A stretch of DNA of 64,000 nucleotides from Balamuthia mandrillaris. Taxonomy: Eukaryota. A program made the position numbers and the translations under genes. Under the pieces are notes generated by a model. It saw only the letters and a program-made list of their open reading frames with translations. It had not been told where the DNA came from and did not search any database. The stretch covers positions 62,001-126,000 of the forward strand of contig JAVKOQ020000081.1 in assembly GCA_031835245.2 (NCBI GenBank), written 5' to 3'. The stretch's first letter is position 1. Every line of letters starts with the position of its first letter. Positions 60,405 to 64,000 of this stretch are shown piece by piece.

Positions 60405-62189
60405 TCACAAGCTTCCACCTGCTTTGTTCTTGTCTTCTTCTCTTCTAAAACATACTTTCCTGCAAGACCACAAACAACCAACATTAGAACAGCATCAACG
60501 AACGCAGTAGAAGGCGGAGAGCAACTTACCAAGAGGGCGAAAAGCTGCTCATTCGAATGGTGCAATCTCTCGCTTCCTTTTGAGGAGTTACTGGCAACTT
60601 CAACATGTTTCTGGATTTCAACAATGGAACTAATCTACTGTCCACTTCTTTCTCCTTCTCTTGTGTTGCTTCTTTCCCGTTGGCGCTCACCTCGGCTTCT
60701 GCCCTTTCCATCTCTGTTATAAACTCTTCCTCGAAAATAGGGATAGCCCCTCGCTCGATGGCTCTCTTGTAGCCAACGCTGTTGACGCTGGTTTGGGCGG
60801 CGATGAGGTGAGTCACTTTACGATTCTGAGAGGCGGCCACTCGGCCTCCTCTCTCTTCGATAAATTCTCTGGCCTTCAGTCTGCTCAGTTGTTTGTGTTT
60901 GCCAACAAACAAGTACGTTCTTCCTGAATATTCTCCACTCTTTTCTTCTTTCTCTTCTTCTTCCTCTGCTTCGCCTTTCTCTTTTACTTCTTCTTTCTCG
61001 TTTTCTTCAGTCTTGAAAGAACAAGTCGTTTCTTGTTGTTGTTCTTTAGGTTGTTCTTCTTCGTTGCTATTTTGGCTGCCGAAAAGCGACTCGACGGCAG
61101 CAAAGATGGCATCAATGTCGACATCGTCATCCAACTCTTTGTCAGGATCGCAGACAATGCTTTCATCCAGTGTGCTTTGGTTCACTTCTGCCTCTGGTTT
61201 TGTTGTTTCTTGTGTTTTGCGTCCTTTTTTCTTGTTGTCTCTTTGCTTTGTCTTCTTGTTGTTCTTTTTGGCTAATTTTTCCTGTTTTGTTGTGTTCTTC
61301 TTTCGCTTTTTCTCCTTTTCCTTCTGCTTCTTCTCATCCTTCTTTTCTTCAGTCGCACGCTTCTTTCTCTTGTTCGTCTTCCAGTCCTTCTCTTCTGTTT
61401 CTACTTTGCTTTCTGGAATCTCGCTAAACGTCAACATAGCCATCAATTGGCTCTCGCTCAGAATCGATTTCTTCCAAAGCACTGCTTGTTTGTAGTTCTT
61501 CGTAACGTTATCTTCATCTTCCTCATCTTCTTCGTTCTCTTCTCCCTGATCTTTGTCTTTGGTTGTTTTCTTGTGTTTCTTGCTCCCATTGAATTCGTGA
61601 TTGCTTAGCAAGTGTGTCGCCTAACAACAAAAGAAGAAACAAAGACCAGGGAGATCAGATGGCAGGGTCAAAACACAAAGGGAGGAGTTTATACTTTTTT
61701 CGTGAAGCGTGAGAGCACTTCTCCGCCTTTCTCGCGAATGAGTTTGATAACCTCTTTTCTCTCTCGGTGAAACCGACCATCCAAACCAAATATCTGTTGT
61801 TTTAAAACAATAAAGAGCGATAAGCAAGCAAAAAACTTTTCAAAGAAGAAGAAGAACAAGAAGAAGAAGAAGAAGAGGAAGGAGAAGAAGAACAAGAAGG
61901 AGAAGAAGAAGAAGAAGAACAAGAAATAAAGATGAACAAACAGAGAAGAACGTTTAATTACCATTCCTTCCAATGGCCGTTCCGTGTTGTCCAACCCATC
62001 CTTGCTTTGTATCACAAACGATAACCGTCTCGCCAAGTTCGACAACGCCTGGCCCTTTCTGGTTTTCTTCCGGTTGGGCGTGTGCACGGCGACCTTCCCG
62101 ACAGCTGCTTTTCCTTTTCCGCCCGAACGCGTTGCATTGTCATTATCTCCCGCCTCGTCGACGCTCTCGTTTCTTCTCCTCTTCCCCAT
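60405..62189 (-). CDS. Protein with two BRCT domains separated by a Lys/Glu-rich linker; multi-exon
   Basis: PLEGM/IFGLDGRFHRERKEVIKLIREKGGEVLSRFTKK/ATHLL and YSGRTYLFVGKHKQLSRLKAREFIEERGGRVAASQNRKVTHLIA..YKRAIERGAIPIFEEEF; basic NLS-like N-terminus MGKRRR. Confidence 0.78.
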
Positions 62190-63104
62190 GATGGTGATGG
62201 CGATGGCGATGAAAAGGCTTGGCGGGCCGCTCTGGATGCACTTTCTGATAGTTTTGTGATTGAAAGTCAAAACAAAACTTGCGTAACGTACGTTTTCCAT
62301 ATCGGCCATAAGACAAAATTTTGGCGGGAAACTTCCAGATGACTCCCCAGGAAAATGTCGACAAAACATATGTCGACAAATATCTGTTTCAACGACCCCT
62401 CTGACAAAGTGTATGAGGAGTCTATGGAGTTCTCCTGTTGTCGACACTAAATCTCACCCGGAAGGAAAAAAGGAAAAGAAAAAAAAAGAGTAGCAAAACG
62501 GTCGACAAAAGGCGCCTCCACGACGTGCGCACCGAAAAAGTAGCGTAGTGGCCCCGCTCTTGGGATTTCTTCTTCTTCTTTGCGTTCTTCTTGGTACTAA
62601 CTCTTTCTCCATCCTCAACGTCGATCCAAGGTTTGATGGTTGTTGGTTGAGGTCCAGCGGTTCAGAGGAGCTTTGGACGTGCTGAGAATTATTATTTTCT
62701 ACGCGGCGAAACAAGCAGAGCGGTAAGCATTTTTTTCTTTTTTTTCTTTTTTTTCTTTTTTTTTTTTTTACTGTTTGGTGGCGGTCGTGGGCGGGTGTAG
62801 GAGTTGCATGCATGTAACATGTTTCGAAACGGTTGAGGGCGTAGGGGAGGCTATGCCGGTTTTTGAGTAGAAAACTGGCGTAGCCCGTGACGAATGAATG
62901 CATGGGAGAAGAAGAAGAATAGAGCCAAATTTTTTTTTGTGCAGTAATTAAAAGCGTTGGAGCTGAAAGAGACAAACTGCCGGCAGTTTTAACTTTAGTT
63001 ATTCTTTTTCTTTCTCCTTTTGTTCTTTTTTTTGTGTTTCCGACACGCAGACTTAAAATTTGTTTTTAAGGACAGGATTTTCTTTTTTGTTTTAAACAAA
63101 AACA

Positions 63105-64000
63105 ATGGATCGTCGAGGAGGAGGCACAAGCCATTCCCTCAGCCGGTTGGGCAAGCGTAAACTTAGGGGTAGGCCCAAATCCCAAGTCAATTTTGCTTAC
63201 TTGGAGGTATCCGACTCTGAGTTTGACTCGGAGGGAATGGCAAACCTTGATGAGGTGGCTCGTGAGTGGGGTAAGCTCTTCTCTCTCTCTCTCTCTCTCT
63301 CATTTTTTCCAGATCTGGTTTCTCTTGCTCTGGAACACAATAACTCATTTTTATTGAACCCAAATGAAATAGAGGCTGCACGGTTAGCTGGCTTACCTCC
63401 CGACGTGATGTCCTACAAGGAAAAGCGAGAGCTGCCACAAACTGCAAGCGAGCCCGAGTCCTACGTCCAAGTTCGAAACGCGATCCTCTTGAAATGGCAC
63501 GACAACATGAAAGAGTACCTCACCAAGAAAGAGGCCGCGTCTGGACTGCAGGTTACTATTCACATCTCATCTTTCTTTTCCCCCCTGTTTGAGATTTACA
63601 TTTGCTGATCTTTTTTTATTTTTCCAACAGAAACGGTTCGTCAAAACAGCGCACAAAGCTCATGACTTTTTAACTCGTTATGGGTATATAAACACTGGAG
63701 TTTTTGATAACCCCCGCCAAGGTATACTTTCCCTTTCTCTCTCTCTCTCTCTCACTCACGTGATGGCGTTCTCATTTCATTTCGCTCCAACAATAAAAGA
63801 ATGGGGAAGGGAAAGGGTGATTATCATTGGAGCTGGAGCCGCAGGTCTAGCCGCAGCCCGTCAGCTTCACCACCTCGGCTATAAGGTTACCGTGCTAGAG
63901 GCAAGAGACAGAGTAGGAGGTAGAGTGAACACAGATAAGCAAATGAGCGTGGACCTCGGAGCAATGGTAGTCACAGGAACTATCGGTAACCCTGTGGCTT
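63105..64000 (+). CDS. LSD1/KDM1-like lysine-specific demethylase (SWIRM + FAD amine oxidase), 5' part, runs off the window
   Basis: [48 protein letters not shown]-binding [51 protein letters not shown]. Confidence 0.92.

Noticed and set aside
1..64000. Prokaryotic systems (CRISPR, operons, IS elements), tRNA/rRNA genes, transposases or reverse transcriptases
   Set aside because: None seen; the window is spliceosomal-intron-containing eukaryotic DNA and no such motifs were recognised by eye.

Overview
Gene-dense, intron-rich eukaryotic DNA with about 26 protein-coding genes, short GT-AG introns often filled with microsatellites, and short, often divergent intergenic promoters. Gene content and style suggest a free-living amoebozoan (Balamuthia/Acanthamoeba-like); this is inference only. 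Recognisable genes: GNPTAB-like GlcNAc-1-phosphotransferase, fimbrin, ATG4, HID1, CstF-64, class I PDE, LETM1-domain protein, two CAP/SCP proteins, a C2-UBA-PARP6/8-like ADP-ribosyltransferase, MTHFR, NEMF/Rqc2, two F-box fusion proteins, Sec24, a bacterial-type GT2-GT4 glycosyltransferase, a tandem-BRCT protein and the 5' part of an LSD1-like demethylase. The main finding comes from splicing exons by hand, because the ORF track splits them: two very divergent HAP2/GCS1-like (fusexin, class II fusogen) genes about 10 kb apart. The first (137-3694) is a complete type I membrane protein with DI/DII/DIII, an extra Cys-rich/EGF-like stalk, a TM helix and a Cys/basic tail. The second (13528-15267) appears to be secreted, has only DI/DII, and lacks DIII, a TM anchor and an obvious hydrophobic fusion loop. 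All exon structures and family calls were made by eye from remembered motifs; no database searches were run.
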